Part shown: one piece after another, positions 28,655-42,429 of the stretch
Position numbering within the stretch: the first letter of the stretch is position 1
Layout of the letters: each line of letters begins with the position of its first letter
From: Macrostomum lignano
Taxonomy: Eukaryota
Assembly (NCBI GenBank): GCA_002269645.1
Contig: NIVC01000100.1
Coordinates: 310,001-374,000 of the forward strand
Direction: 5' to 3'
Length of the DNA: 64,000 bases
The notes under the pieces: model-generated
What the model was told of the DNA's origin: nothing
Database searches by the model: none
What the model saw: the letters and a program-made list of their open reading frames with translations, nothing else
Made by a program: the position numbers and the translations under genes

Positions 28655-29183
28655 TTTGAAGGGAATAACAAGCAATCAACCAAAATAGCAAAACTCAGCT
28701 CTACTTATAATAATTTTCAATAAATGCGCCGTCTTCAACCTCACTTGAATCTTAGGCCTCCTTGGCTCTGGCTGACCTCACGGCACAGCACGGCCCCGCC
28801 CCCTGTCTACCCCCCATTTCTCTCTCCTCTCTCCAACCGTCTCTGCAAGTTGTTAGCTCTGTACGGTTTTACTGTAATCGCTGTATATATATATATATAT
28901 TTCATGCAGAGACTTAACTACACATAGTCTACCTGATACGGCTTGCTTGCATTTAAAGAAATAAGCCTTAGCTATTGACAAACAACGGTTGGCAGTAATT
29001 GCTAAGATATTCCATTTTCTTCCAGTGTTTACTTTACTGACCACCTGAAGAGGTAGGCAGAGAAAGAAAAGAAGAAGAAAAAAACCCGACGCGTCTGGCA
29101 AATGCTGCACGAAAAGATCGGCCAGATCTGCAACTCCGTTTAATTGAAGTGTGTTTTTCGATTTTCTTTTCTGAATCGTTCCC

Positions 29184-30212
29184 ATGGCGACAGCGGCTTT
29201 ACACTCGCACCAGACTGGCGGCGGAGACCACGATCCCAATGAATTATTAGATAATGAAGATTTAGACTCGGATCTGTCTAGCGACGGAGAACGTTTGCCA
29301 GTTGTGCAGGGCACGCTGAGCAAGTGGACAAACTACATCACCGGATGGCAGAGTCGATTCTTTGTACTAAAAGACGGCACTTTGAGTTATTTTAAAAGTC
29401 CGGAAGAGTCCGCTTTCGGCTGTCGGGGCGCTATTTCTCTTAGCAGAGCGTTGGTCACTCCGCACACTTTAGACGAGAATAGATTCGACGTTTGCGTTGG
29501 CGAGCATATTTGGTATCTGCGCTGCGACAGTCGCGACTTGCGCACCACTTGGATACGCGCTTTAGAAAGTCATCGCACCTGTCAGGAGTCCGGCATCGGC
29601 TCCGAGTCCAGTTTAAAACGGCACAATAGCTTGTTAAGCCTAACATCTGGCACGCAGAGCATAGCTAGCCAAGGTAGTTTCCGTCGAGGCCACGGTGTTA
29701 AAGAGAAACTTGCCGAAATTGACACGTTTAGAGAGATGCTAATTAGACAGGTGGATACTTTGCAAGGCTACTTTGATTTATGCAGCCAATTAGCCGCCTC
29801 ATCTCCGGCTGCCGCGGTAAAAGCCGGTTCTATCGACATCGAAGACGATGTGGTAGTTAATGGCGCCGCTCGTGGCGACTCGTCGGGGCTTAAGACTGCC
29901 GAGGACGAAGTTAGCAACAATGCTGACGATGGCGACGATGAGGAGGACGAATACGAAGATCCTGCTGCCACTACGATCACCGCTGCCACTATGACAGCAT
30001 CGCAGTCAGCTGGCAGCGGCGGTGGTACTTCGCTATTCTCGTTTTTCAGTCGTCGAAGTGCCGCTCCCAGTGCCTCACCCGCTGCCACTGCCGCCGCCGC
30101 CACGGCGCCACCTCCAGCTAAATCCTTGGTGGATTACGACAGCTACATGAGGCTGTTGCGACAGCACGGCGGGCACGCTGTGGATTTCAAAGGCGAAGCT
30201 AACACTTTTCGT
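29184..30212 (+). CDS. CERT1: Ceramide transfer protein exon 1 (PH domain, serine-rich motif, coiled coil)
   Basis: GTLSKWTNYITGWQSRFFVLKDGTLSYFKS PH domain; SLKRHNSLLSLTS serine-rich motif; DFKGEANTFR then donor GTGAGA at 30213. Confidence 0.95.
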
Positions 30213-30249
30213 GTGAGAATGCTGAGAAATTCAAAATGTTTTTGGAGCC

Positions 30250-30620
30250 CAAGCTCCTTCCCTACCTCCTGTGTCCCTGCCCTTCTCCCTCCCTCCATAC
30301 CCACAGTGTCCCAGCCCTTTTACCTCCCTCCCTACCTTTTGTGTCCCAGCCCTTCTCCCTCCCTCCCCTACCCCCTGAGTCCCAGCCCTTTTACCTCCCC
30401 CCCCCCTATATCCTGTGTCCCAGCCCTTCTCCCTCCTTCCCTATCACCTGTGTCCCAGCCCTTTTACCTCCCTCCCTACCCTTTGTGTCCCAGTGTCCCA
30501 GCCCTTCTCCCTCCCTCTCTACCCCCCCCCCCTGTATCCCAGCCCTTCTACTTCCCTCCCTCCCTACCCCATGTGACCCCACTCTTCTCCCTCCCTACTC
30601 TTCAGCCTCTCCTCTACCCC
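30250..30620. repeat. C/T-rich intronic minisatellite (TGTCCCAGCCCTT...CTCCCTCCC)
   Basis: Repeated units inside CERT1 intron 1. Confidence 0.85.
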
Positions 30621-30641
30621 CGTCACGCGCTGCAATTTCAG

Positions 30642-31107
30642 GCAACCACAGCCGGCATAATTCATCAAATGTCCAGCTGCCTGGAGCTGATGACCCAACG
30701 CGAAGAGCAATGGAAGAAACGCCTTGATCGCGAAATGGAACGCCGCCGCAAAGTGGAAGATGTAGTTCGACAGCTTAGACAGAAGCTCGAACTAGCAGAG
30801 AAACGTGTTGGCGATCCCATGGGCCCAGATTTTGAAGAGGGCCCCTGCTGTCAACTTGATGAAGAAGAGTTTTTCGACGCAATCGACGCCCAATTAGACA
30901 AGATGGACATGGACGCCAGCAATATGAGCCGATTAAGACAGGCCCGACTGCCCAATCACAGCTTAGATCCAAACCATCCGCTCACTGATGAAATTATGCG
31001 CGTCTGCCAATCGCACTGGGACAATTGGGGCGCCTCGTGCGCCGGGATGGAACTATTAGAAAAAGATGGAGAATTGGCTGTGTATAGAAAGCAACTGGAA
31101 GAAGAGG
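30642..31107 (+). CDS. CERT1: CERT1 exon 2 (FFAT motif, start of START domain)
   Basis: ATTAGIIHQMSSCLELM; EEEFFDAID FFAT motif; acceptor TTTCAG at 30641; phase-1 donor GTGAGT at 31108. Confidence 0.95.
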
Positions 31108-31264
31108 GTGAGTGAAATTTAATTACTGAGGGGGTCTATTAATTTACTTATCTAGACCATTCTGACTGTTATTTACTGATTTCTCTACTAACAGTAGCTT
31201 AATGGTGCGCATATTATAAAATTGTACGATTCTCGCAAATTACAACTGCAACCTACCTACTAAC

Positions 31265-32430
31265 TAGAAACTACAAACTGCCTACAAACTTTAAGCTACA
31301 AACTGCATATAAACTATAAGCTACAAACTACCTATAAACTATAAGCTACAAACTACCTATAAACTATAAGCTACAAACTACCTACAAACTTTAAGCTACA
31401 AACTGCATATAAACTATAAGCTACAAACTACCTATATATAAACTATAAGCTACAAACTACCTATAAACTATAAGCTACAAACTACCTATAAACTATAAGC
31501 TACAAACTGCCTATAAACTATAAGCTACAAACTGCCTATAAAACTATAAGCTACAAACTGCCTATAAACTATAAGCTACAAACTACCTATAAACTATAAG
31601 CTACAAACTGCCTATAAACTATAAGCTACAAACTACCTATAAACTATAAGCTACAAACTACCTATAAACTATAAGCTACAAACTACCTATAAACTATAAG
31701 CTACAAACTACCTACAAACTTTAAGCTACAAACTGCATATAAACTATAAGCTACAAACTACCTATAAACTATAAGCTACAAACTACCTATAAACTATAAG
31801 CTACAAACTACCTATAAACTATAAGCTACAAACTACCTACAAACTTTAAGCTACAAACTGCATATAAACTATAAGCTACAAACTACCTATAAACTATAAG
31901 CTACAAACTACCTACAAACTTTAAGCTACAAACTGCATATAAACTATAAGCTACAAACTACCTATAAACTATAAGCTACAAACTGCCTATAAACTATAAG
32001 CTACAAACTACCTATAAACTATAAGCTACAAACTGCCTATAAACTATAAGCTACAAACTACCTATAAACTATAAGCTACAAACTGCCTATAAACTATAAG
32101 CTACAAACTGCATATAAACTATAAGCTACAAACTACCTATAAACTATAAGCTACAAACTACCTATAAACTATAAGCTACAAACTGCCTATAAACTATAAG
32201 CTACAAACTACCTATAAACTATAAGCTACAAACTGCATATAAACTATAAGCTACAAACTACCTATAAACTATAAGCTACAAACTACCTATAAACTATAAG
32301 CTACACACTACCTACAAACTTTAAGCTACAAACTGCATATAAACTATAAGCTACAAACTACCTATAAACTATAAGCTACAAACTACCTACAAACTTTAAG
32401 CTACAAACTGCGTATAAACTACAAGCTACC
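31265..32430. repeat. 25-bp intronic minisatellite (CCTATAAACTATAAGCTACAAACTA)
   Basis: About 46 tandem units. Confidence 0.97.
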
Positions 32431-33023
32431 AAACTACAAAAAACCTTTCCCTAATTAAATTTACAGCCAGTGGTATGTTAGTCAACAATTTTATTAAGTT
32501 GACTATTGAATTTTTTAACTGGCAAATTTTTACAGTGATGTAAATTAATCAGCGCATTAATTGTTTTCATAATGAAGCTTCTATTCTAAAGAGTAATTGC
32601 TCACTGTGTGAGTACCAGTAGTTTTTTTTCGCTTGCGGTTAATGCGTTCTAACACATTTCAGATTCTATACTTTGACTACGTTTGTTTAAATGGAGCGCT
32701 AAAAATTCGCTTATTTAAACCGAGACAGCAGTCTGGATTTTCCATTTCTTGCATTAAAAGTGAATTCACGCCACTAAAAAGGTCACGTGTACTTTTAGAG
32801 AACACGTGCAAAATATAATATTTACTTTAGAAAGTGCGTGTGCACTTCATAAAGTACGCGTGTACTTCGAAAGTGCGCATGTACTCTAAAAGTACCAGTA
32901 CATGTACTTTAATTATGTACACAATGTTTTAGCAGCTTCCGCCAAAGTACGCGTCTTTAATGTGCATCTGTACTTTTGTATCTAAAAAAATATTTATTCC
33001 TTTTATCCCTTTCATTTCCACAG

Positions 33024-33559
33024 GCATGATTATCGATCCAATATTGGCTACGTACACTGTCTCGGGCGTGTCAGCCAGAGAAGTGGCCGAATACTTCTGG
33101 GATTTGCACTACCGCCTTGACTGGGAGCACACTCTCGACTCCGCTCCAGTCGTAGTCGATACGTTAGCTGCGGACACTGTCCTGCTGCATCAAATCTATC
33201 GCCGGGTCTGGCCGACAGCTCAACGCGATGCGGTCTTTTGGTCGCACATTCGACACGACGAACGGCGCACAATGGTAGTGAATTATAGCACCGATTATAA
33301 GGCTCCGCCACTCATTAATAGTCGCCAGCGTATGCGATTGAATGTCAGCATGATCTGCGAGACCGAGCTGCCGCCCGAGCTGCCGGCGGACCGTCGGCAT
33401 ATTCGCTGCCGAATTCAGTACGCGGCTAACATTAATCCAGGCGGCTGGGCTCCCGCCACCGTCCTCAGGCAGGTGGCGAAACGGGAATATCCGAAATTTC
33501 TACGCCGTTTCACCGCCTATTGCATCGACAAGGTTAAGAATAGGCCTGTGCAGCTGTGA
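33024..33559 (+). CDS. CERT1: CERT1 exon 3 (START domain); spliced protein 676 aa
   Basis: GMIIDPILAT, RRVWPTAQRD, NINPGGWAPATVLRQVAKREYPKFLRRFT match the CERT START domain; acceptor CACAG at 33023. Confidence 0.95.
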
Positions 33560-34587
33560 TTTTTATTTGCGTGTTCATTTATTGTTGTCTCAGTAAACTG
33601 TCAATTGACACGCGTGTGTTTTAACTGATACATTGTTTCTTTATTAGTCAACTAAATATTTCAATATTGCTTACTTGTTATTGATCTGCCGGAAGTTATA
33701 TAATTCTTATAGTTCTTGGTGTACTTAGAAGTGCAAATTTGCTATAAAAGTACTTTAGTAATTTAAGTACACATGTACCTTTACTAAGAAATATTTAAGT
33801 TCTTGAAGAGTACGTAAGTACTTAAGGAGTACTTAAGCACTTGAAAAGTACCTAAGCACTTGCATATTTCGTATAAAAATTTAAGAAAAGTTAAAAATAG
33901 TTTGCAATTATAAAGTACATAACAATTAAATGGAAATCGGCCTTTAAAACCCCAGTTCTCGCTCATTAAAATTTTAGCTCTTACCATTATATTTCAGATT
34001 ACTAATGTCAAGCAAAGATATTTTTGTTCTCATAAATCAATATTTCTATTCTGTTTATATTTAACTCTAATTTAAATGTTTCCACTGTAAATCAATCGCA
34101 TCTTGTTGTTGTGAGAGATTCATTTATCTTTAAGTCTTTGCTTGGGGCCATTTGTGCGTCTGTTTATTTTCATAACTTGGAGATTTTCTGCTCACTCAAT
34201 ATAACTTCAAACTACGATTGAGATTCACAAACTGCCAGTTATATAATAATACTGCAATGTCAATTGAGATACTGTTGTCAAAATGCCTGTTTTTATATTC
34301 TATACAACTAAACCGCCAGTGCAATCACTAAGGACTCGGTTAAGCCTATTATTCGAACTTTCTTCTCTGTTTGCCACCACAATCCACGCTTTTGTTCGTA
34401 AAACTAAGGAAATCAAAAATCAAATCTCTGCTGCAATTGTATCTATCTTTCGTGTTTCCTGTTTTTGCTCCTGAATTTACCAAAACCAAAAAGTTATTTG
34501 ACTTTAACTACCAGACATTTGGTTCTTGTGTTGTTGTTCTCTTTAACCTGGCTTAGTAGCCTCTTCTATCTCTCTGTTGTCCTTATG

Positions 34588-34589
34588 TA

Positions 34590-34633
<44 letters not shown>

Positions 34634-34651
34634 GGTCCGTCTCAGTGTCTG

Positions 34652-34703
<52 letters not shown>

Positions 34704-34715
34704 GGTCCGTCTCAG

Positions 34716-34752
<37 letters not shown>

Positions 34753-34760
34753 GACTGTTT
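34588..34760. repeat. (GTCT)n microsatellite
   Basis: Tetranucleotide run with interruptions. Confidence 0.95.
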
Positions 34761-36539
34761 TTCTGACTGTCTATGTGTTTGTCTGTCTTTCTTAGTGTCT
34801 GTCTTTTTGTATGTCTGTCTCACCCTCAATTTTCCTCAGTAAAAGCCCGTCGGTTTATATTTAACTAATAGCAGTCTCTGTCTCAGCAGCGCAGTGCGCA
34901 CAGTACTCATTGCACATTGCATGCTCTCAGTACTCAGCATCTGTTTAGCCTGTCTATATCTTATCCGGACCCCCAGACTCAGAGAAGAGATTTAACATTG
35001 CTCTGACCAGCGGAATAAAATGGCATGTGATGCTACGAGTAATTTGCATAAAAATATTATTTATACAGGCACACACTTGCCTTGCCGATCTCTGTAGTAT
35101 ATATCTGGCAATATTTTTTAAATTGTCATAAAAGTTTAAACTAAGCTATAATAACACTTGTATCCGATTTATCTATCCATTAACATCAGTTGCAGCCTGC
35201 TTGCTTTTATAAATCTCTTTTTGCCTAACCTTAATGCTATCCGTTCCGTCTTGTTGCAGTCGACACAACTGTACAATCATCGAAGTCAAAGTGCACTAAT
35301 AAGTTTCAAATAATAAATTTATACTTATGATTTCCTATTCATTATTTTATATACATGTGCATGTGTGCCATTTATTGTTGTCTTGTGTCAACGTGTAATG
35401 ATTTCTATAATTCGATACAAGAACTCGTAAATTGTCGATTTTTGTTGGAGATAATTTTTTTCGGTGGTTTTTTCATTTAATTATAAAAATCTAATAATAA
35501 CAATAACAATATAATTTATAATCAATAAATTTAGAGATTTAATCTGTCCACGGATTATTTATATATAAACAAAGTAATTTTAGTTATAACAAAAATTGTA
35601 TAAAAATCGTGCGATGAAACTCTTATCTCGTAATTGTTATTTAGACAGATTTGTTGTTATGCCTCTTTAATTTTCGGGTCGGATCGGCTGTTATACAGGG
35701 ATTTTATTATATGGGCGTTGCCCTCGCACAGTATAGCCATTGCATTTTAACCGACGCATCTATTGATTCCGACTATGCGCACCTCCTGTAGCTCCGAGCT
35801 GTAGGTACTGAAGTGATTATACGTTCAAAAATACGCTTACACTACTGAATTGTCAGTAGTCAAACAGAAACTAACTAATAGCTTTCTTGTTTTGTGCATG
35901 TTATACACGTATAGCAATTGAACGGTTATGTTGCCAAATCATACTTTAGCATTTCATTAAGACACACAGCTTCATAGCCCTGTGAGTGGAGTAGTCGGTC
36001 GGAAATCACTGATCCGGCTTATGTATTGTGTCTAATCGTTGTTAACTTACTTTTCTTGTTTCCATTTTCTATACTGTTTTCTTAAAAAGTTAAATTTAAT
36101 TCTAACATCTGGTTTAAAAGTAAACAAGCAATTGTTTTAGTACGGATTTCTAAGTTTTTATGAACGCTTGTTTTTGAACTAATTTGCTAAATAATCTTTC
36201 CAAGAAATATGCGAGTAACTGCACACTTTCTGCGTTGTAATTACTGGGTGTGGTTTGTAGTTTGTTAAGCGTTGACTAGTGATTCTATTCTGTCTAGGCC
36301 CTACTTGAAAATTGCGACACTAGCATTTTTTGTATTTTATTTTGTAACCGTAAGAAAATTAAAAATCGAAGGATTTATACAAACTTTTAAATTTAATAAT
36401 CCAAGTGGTAAATACGCGAGAATTCGTGACGACGCAAGTCTCAGAAGACTCTGTTTGTGTTTCTAGACATCCACTTAAAAACCAATTACGCTTGTAATAC
36501 TTTTTCCTGTTTTCCGTCTCTAAAGATCTATATTCTATA

Positions 36540-36548
36540 ATGTCAGAG
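36540..36548 (+). CDS. Candidate first coding exon of PSMC3 (ATG TCA GAG | gtaagc)
   Basis: ATG in A-rich context followed by a strong phase-0 donor, compatible with the phase-0 acceptor at 59748. No other candidate start exon was seen. Confidence 0.35.
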
Positions 36549-38089
36549 GTAAGCTCATTTAAAAAAATCACTGACTGTTTATGCTGTACTATGAGCTAGG
36601 CTAGACCTACCTAACCTTTGGCATTTTGCATATCGTGTATTGTCGAGATGCAATACAAGAAGATTTTCAGTTGGAGTCAAAACATTTCTTTTTTAATCTA
36701 TGCCATAGTCTAGATTATGCTAGGCCTAGGCTAGGTGCATACCCAAACAAAAATTGAGGAGTTACAAATGTATGCAAAAAATTAGTACACACTTGCACTC
36801 TCAAATCTAGGATTAATTTAGGCAAAATTAAATATAGGCCTAGATTAAATGTAGGCAAATAAAAGACCTTTTTTGTATTGCCACAGTGACTTTTTTGTAT
36901 TGTATAAAGGGACCTTTTTGGCTGATTATTTTGTTGATTGTTTATCTTTCTTGTCTAGGAGGCCTATACTAATATTTATAGTGGAAAATTGATCTGACTA
37001 AACTTTTGTCTGAATGCATGATTAACAAGCTTAAAACCTAGAAAGTTTAAAATTTTTGCTATGATATAAATATTTTCAAGCTTTTTTCCATTTAATACCT
37101 ATAGTTTAGATTATATATTAATATTAATATAGGCTATGCCAAGTCTAATGGGGGAAAAGTACAGGACCACATTTGTACACCAGGACTAAAAATGTTTTCA
37201 ACTATGTACACCAAATTTGTATACTTTTTTTTCATTCTTAGAATTTATTATTCTGATTCATACAGAGAAACAAACTTAAAAATATGCACTTTAGCAATGT
37301 GCACTAAAATAGACAACTATAAAAGAAGTACTCTAAATACTTTTTATGTGCTAAAAAATAAGGAAAATGTTTTTGACGGTATAAGGGCAATTCCATGAGT
37401 GTGATGGTCGTAGCTTGATGACTTTGAACTTTAATTCTGACATGAAAAAAATACTTATACCAGAGTTTTTTGTCTCAAAAGAATAATTCTGTAATGGAGT
37501 CTAGGGAAAACAAACATTTCTGCACACAGAAATTTATTTTAAACAAATGGGACACGATTTAGTGGGCGTGACAATTGTAGCCACAGAATTGAGCACAGGT
37601 GCAGTTGGAAAAAAAGAATTTTAAATCCTGAGAATTACAACTGCTTAGGTATCTAAATTGGTCTGTTTCTGATAAAAAACACTAGCACCTTGAAAAAAGA
37701 GACAAAGCTAGGCATAGTACTCTTTTTTATTAATTTTTATGATTATTTTTTGTTGTGACGGTTGTAGCGTGACAGTTGTAGCCTTCAATTTACCCACTCT
37801 AACCAACTCGGAAAAATTGAAAACTGCATGTAACACAAACAAAAAAGACTACTAAAGGTCATAATTCAAATTGTACACCAATGTTACGTATTTCAACAGT
37901 AATTATAAGTGACTAAAATCATTATTATGGGGGTCATCGTTGGAGCTTCCGATGGAAGGCTGCTGGACAATGACCCCAGTTGGCTATCCCATCAAGCGAC
38001 CCCTGGCATCCATCTGGTAAATGGCGCTAATCCAACGTTAAAACATGTGTGCAATTTAACTATAAAATGAGTTAGAAAATGCATTTGAA

Positions 38090-38470
38090 TTAGAAAATGG
38101 TAAATGCTGCACGATGTCTGACAGTGCATAATAAATGCAGTCCTGCTTCTTTGGTCAGCGGTAGGTGTTTGGCCCACACTCAGCCATGACACTGACCTTG
38201 GCCTCTGGCTCGCCATTCTTTGTGCAGACTTTCACTACCTAGCTAGCGTACAGCTTCCCGTCATAAGTGACAGCCACCCATTGGCCTTTGGCTAGCTGGC
38301 TGGCACTGCTAGCGTCTTCCATCACACCAGTGACACCACCAGAAGGCTGATCACCATCAGGCCGAACAAGCTGCATAATAGACACGCCAATGGTAGACAG
38401 GGTGGCAGAGCAGTCCACTCTGTCAGGCTTGGCTGCCCAATAGTGTAGGCGCATGATGCCGACAGTCTGG
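38090..38470 (-). pseudogene. Decayed ORF fragment with a Tudor/SH3-like barrel motif, probably transposon-derived
   Basis: GQWVAVTYDGKLYAS*VVKVCTKNGEPEAKVSVMAECGPNTYR*PKKQDCIYY, with two in-frame stops (TAG, TGA). Confidence 0.4.
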
Positions 38471-39357
38471 TAAAAAAGGGGTTGGTTTATGGAATTCAAA
38501 ATATACGCTTGAACATATTTTTTTCTCTAAAGCCTGTTGTTGTTTAATTACTTTAAGTAAACTGTGTTGTTTTTAAAAGTATTTTTGCCTTCTGTCTTAA
38601 CTTTTTTACTTACACTTCTGAAACCGAATGCATGCCTGGCGGTTCTGATCCCTCACCTGCGTTGGTGATCGCAAAGCTCGGCGCTGCTCACTCCTCAGCC
38701 GCTCTTTTTCTCGAAGGACAACAATTTTTTAATTTTTGTCCTAGTGGTAACCCATTCGTGGAATTGCCCATAAGATAAATTTTTATTATTATTTAATGTC
38801 TATGTTGACAATGTTATATATAGAGTAGGCCCCTATTTTATATAAAGTTGCTTTAATTAATTCTAAATTGTATGCAGGAATGCCATAGATGTAAGCCAAA
38901 AATTTTCCTTTGTGTTATGTACACTTGGGTGTATGCTGATGTATGCTGAAAAATGACAAATACCCTTGTTGTACACTGGGAAATCCCAGTGTACATGTTG
39001 CCTCCCAAACTATGGCTTAATACTAACTCTTCTGTATGATTATATGAAGTACATACGAGGTGTATACTTATACTATTTTCTTAAGAGTCATGCATATCAA
39101 CTTTGCACGCCTAAGTTTATATGCAAAGCCAATGCATGCCTAAATTTTCAGGTATATACTTATATGATCTAGAGTATGGCCCAGTCATAATTTCTAATTT
39201 AGTTATGGGTTAAGTATAACTTTAGTATAAGACTGAGAGTTCTAGATTAAATTAAAATTTTTCTAAGGCTTCTAGATTCATTTTTTCACTATAACATCAA
39301 AGCTACTATTTTTGAAAATTGACAATTGAGCTTATCAGGCCCCTAAACTGCAATAAC

Positions 39358-42300
39358 ACTACTATATGAACCCGTATCCGTTGATTTTGGAGGTGGGGTG
39401 GGTGTCAACCCTCCTTGCCTCTCATTGGCTGGCGCCCCGATCACTAGGTGATCGATACCCGTATCGATATCGGCGCTCGGCACGCGCGCGCGCCGCAGGC
39501 GCGTGGCGCCAAGCGCCGCAGGCGCACCCTCCCGATATTAGATCCCAATAAATCAATCAGATCCCAAATCAATCAGATCCCAAGCGCACCCTCCAGAGCA
39601 GCAGGCGTCCATGCAGCAGGCGCCCCTCCCCGCCGCACGCGCCCTCCCCGACATGTATGCCGCAGGCACCCTCCCCGCCTCAGGCGCCCCTCCCGATATG
39701 TATGCGCACTCTCCCTATATGTACACCGATATGTATGCAGCAGGCGCCCCGAGTGTACACTCTCCCGATATGTGTGTACACCGATATGTAGTCATCGATA
39801 CGGGCCTCTTCCCCTCTCTCACCTACATCTCAACTAGCGAAATCGAACCCAGGTCGCGCCCATACTAGGACACTACACGGTTGTGGGGTATAGGGAGCGA
39901 GAAGTTTCAACCCTAACGCTGACGCAGCCCTGTACAATGAGCGTGTACGGGCAGAAAGGGGGGGTGGACAGAGAGACGGCCACTAGGTTATTATACTGTT
40001 GAAGCATAGAGAGCGAGAAGTTTTAACCCCGATGCTGACGCAGCCCTGTACACTGAGCGTGTACGGGCAGAGGGTGGGTGGAAAGAGATGTGAATAACAC
40101 AGCCTGCTGCAGGAGCCGGATAGAGAGGCGCATGCTAGGACAGAGAGGTAGTGTGAGTCACACACACTCCACAGAGAAAGCCATACAGAGGATAGAGAGC
40201 TCCCTCCCCAGTTGCAGGGGACAGAGAGGCAGGCAGGGTATGCAGGGGCATGCGAACCGTCAAGGGGCCACGCGAGGATAGAGTGGAGGAGCAGAGATGT
40301 GTTTGGACAGAGAGCCAGCCACGTGTGCGTAGTGTGAGGGAACAGAAACATATGGAGCAGGAGGGAGATAGGAAGCAAACGCGCAGGGTAAGGGAGCCAC
40401 ACAGGGCGGTACAGTGAGACACGGGCAGGGGTGGAGCCGTGCGTGGACAGAGCTGAACGGCACGGTCAGCTGCAGGAATAGGATGATAGAGAGGCGCGGA
40501 GGGGGACAGAGAGCAGTGTGCAGGGGTAGGCAGCCACGCAGGCTGGGGAACAGAGAGGCGCGTGTCAGCCAGTTGCAGCCCGGGACAGAGAAGTATGAAG
40601 GGGGGCCTGGGACAGAGTTCGAGCAAGGCACAGAGGTAGGGTCCTGTAGCTATGTATAGGCAGGGAGCCACGCGAGGGCAGGACAGGGGAGCAGACATGC
40701 AAGTTGCATGCAAGGCCAGAGAGGTGTGCGCGGAGGGAGACAGAGAGCAGTGTGTAGGGGTAGGTAACAGCAAACTTTAGTAGCGGCGCGTGCGGGGACG
40801 GAGAAACCAGTCAGAGCATACAGAGACGTTACAGAGAGGTACACAAGCAGAGACCAAAGCGAGCAGAGCACATGTGTAGGGACAGAGACGTGAGGGAGAA
40901 TCGACCAAAACACGCTATGTATTTTCAAAAGTTGGTTTTAGTGCAACATGTTTAATAGTGGGTAGTATAATAGTATGTACATAGTAGGTATAATAGTAGT
41001 AATAATAGTAAGCATATTAGCCCAAAAGGTAGACTAAAACAGGCTAAACTGTGTGTACGCATCCTCATCACCCCACAAGCCCCCTCTCCCGCCAGACTCA
41101 CTCTACCAAACCCTCCTGTATTGCTGCATGAAGGAAAATATAGTGTAAAAATACAGATCTTAACCGTCAGACCGCTGAAATCAGGGCACACTAGAGGGGG
41201 TTTCGGGGTCTGCATGCTCTATGTAAGCTGCTTGAGGAGGTTCCAAGGGCGTTGTGAGGGTTTCCATTATGTTTTGAAAAAAAAAACTAGGGGCTTAAAT
41301 ACAACGTTTTATTCAAAAGTAGGTTATTTTAATGAAATAGCTGACACAATCATTGTCGAGAGTAGAAATTTTTATAAGAAACCAGGCATTTTAGCAAAAA
41401 TAAACCTTCAAACCACATAAAATTGAATAAAAAGCAGACATTTTCAATTATAAACCGCAAGTATTTTAATAGAAAAGTAAGCAAACAAGGCACAAAACCA
41501 GCAAATTTTACCTTTTTATTTTAATGTTACTGATAAGGTAGAGAGTAGAAACTTGTGAGCTGTACGGAGTTAGAAAGTATTAACCATTATGTATCGTATG
41601 AATTATTAGTTCAGTACCAGCCATTGGTCAAGCGAGCATTTATGAAGTTATTACGAGTGATGAAGGGATAGAGAGCTATATACAGGAAGACAGTATCCTT
41701 CTAAACCACCACGAACAGATTGCTAATAGAGATAAGCTTTGTCTGTGTGCAGTATGAGTAAGCGAAGGCGGGGCAAATACTTTTCCACATGCCGGACAGA
41801 ACAGTATTGTGCTAGGATTTCTCTCGAAATCGCGGTACGTTACTAGTTTTTATCACACCATCCAGATGCGTCAACTAGTCAGCAGTAGTCATTTATATGT
41901 TATTAGAACTTACAAACCCAGGTCAAGTAAATATTACAAAGAGTATATTACGTACACACGCCAACTCCGAATACCAAGCCATACTAGTCTACTTGCAGTG
42001 CTCCTGGAGGGAAGGGACGGCGGGGTGTACATCCGGCAGGGTGGGCGTCCAGCGAGTGTACATCTGACAGGATGGGTGTTCAGCAAGTGTACATCTGACA
42101 GGGTGGGCGTTCAGCAAGTGTACCTTCAGCGTCGAGTAGGTGTACACCCGTCAGTGGGAACTCAGCCCCTCCCACCAATGTCGTGTGCATGCGGTTAGTC
42201 AGTATAGTGGTGGGGTAGACGGTGCAGGAAGGAAACCCAGATGCTGACGCTACCCTGTACAGCGAGCAACCAACCCTCCTGTAGCAGGAGGGGGACAGAG

Positions 42301-42429
42301 AGTGCGTGGAGGCAGTAGGAGATAGAGGACGCTACCCGGCATGTCGCAGCACGCGGCGCGGGACAGAGAGGCAGTGTGTAAGTCACCCCCGCGGAGGGAC
42401 AGAGAGCTACCCTGGCAGGAGGCGCGGGA
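39358..42429 (+). repeat. Left arm of the foldback element
   Basis: Reverse complement of the right arm; mirrored ORF pairs, e.g. 41809-42198(+) and 43179-43568(-). Confidence 0.97.

Noticed and set aside
28853-29323. POLK or another known gene head-to-head with CERT1, as in vertebrates
   Set aside because: The translation shows no Y-family polymerase or other recognisable motif.
39357-39361. CACTA terminus suggesting EnSpm/CACTA
   Set aside because: The right end is TAGTA, not TAGTG, and no 2-3-bp TSD fits; the C belongs to the AATAAC TSD.
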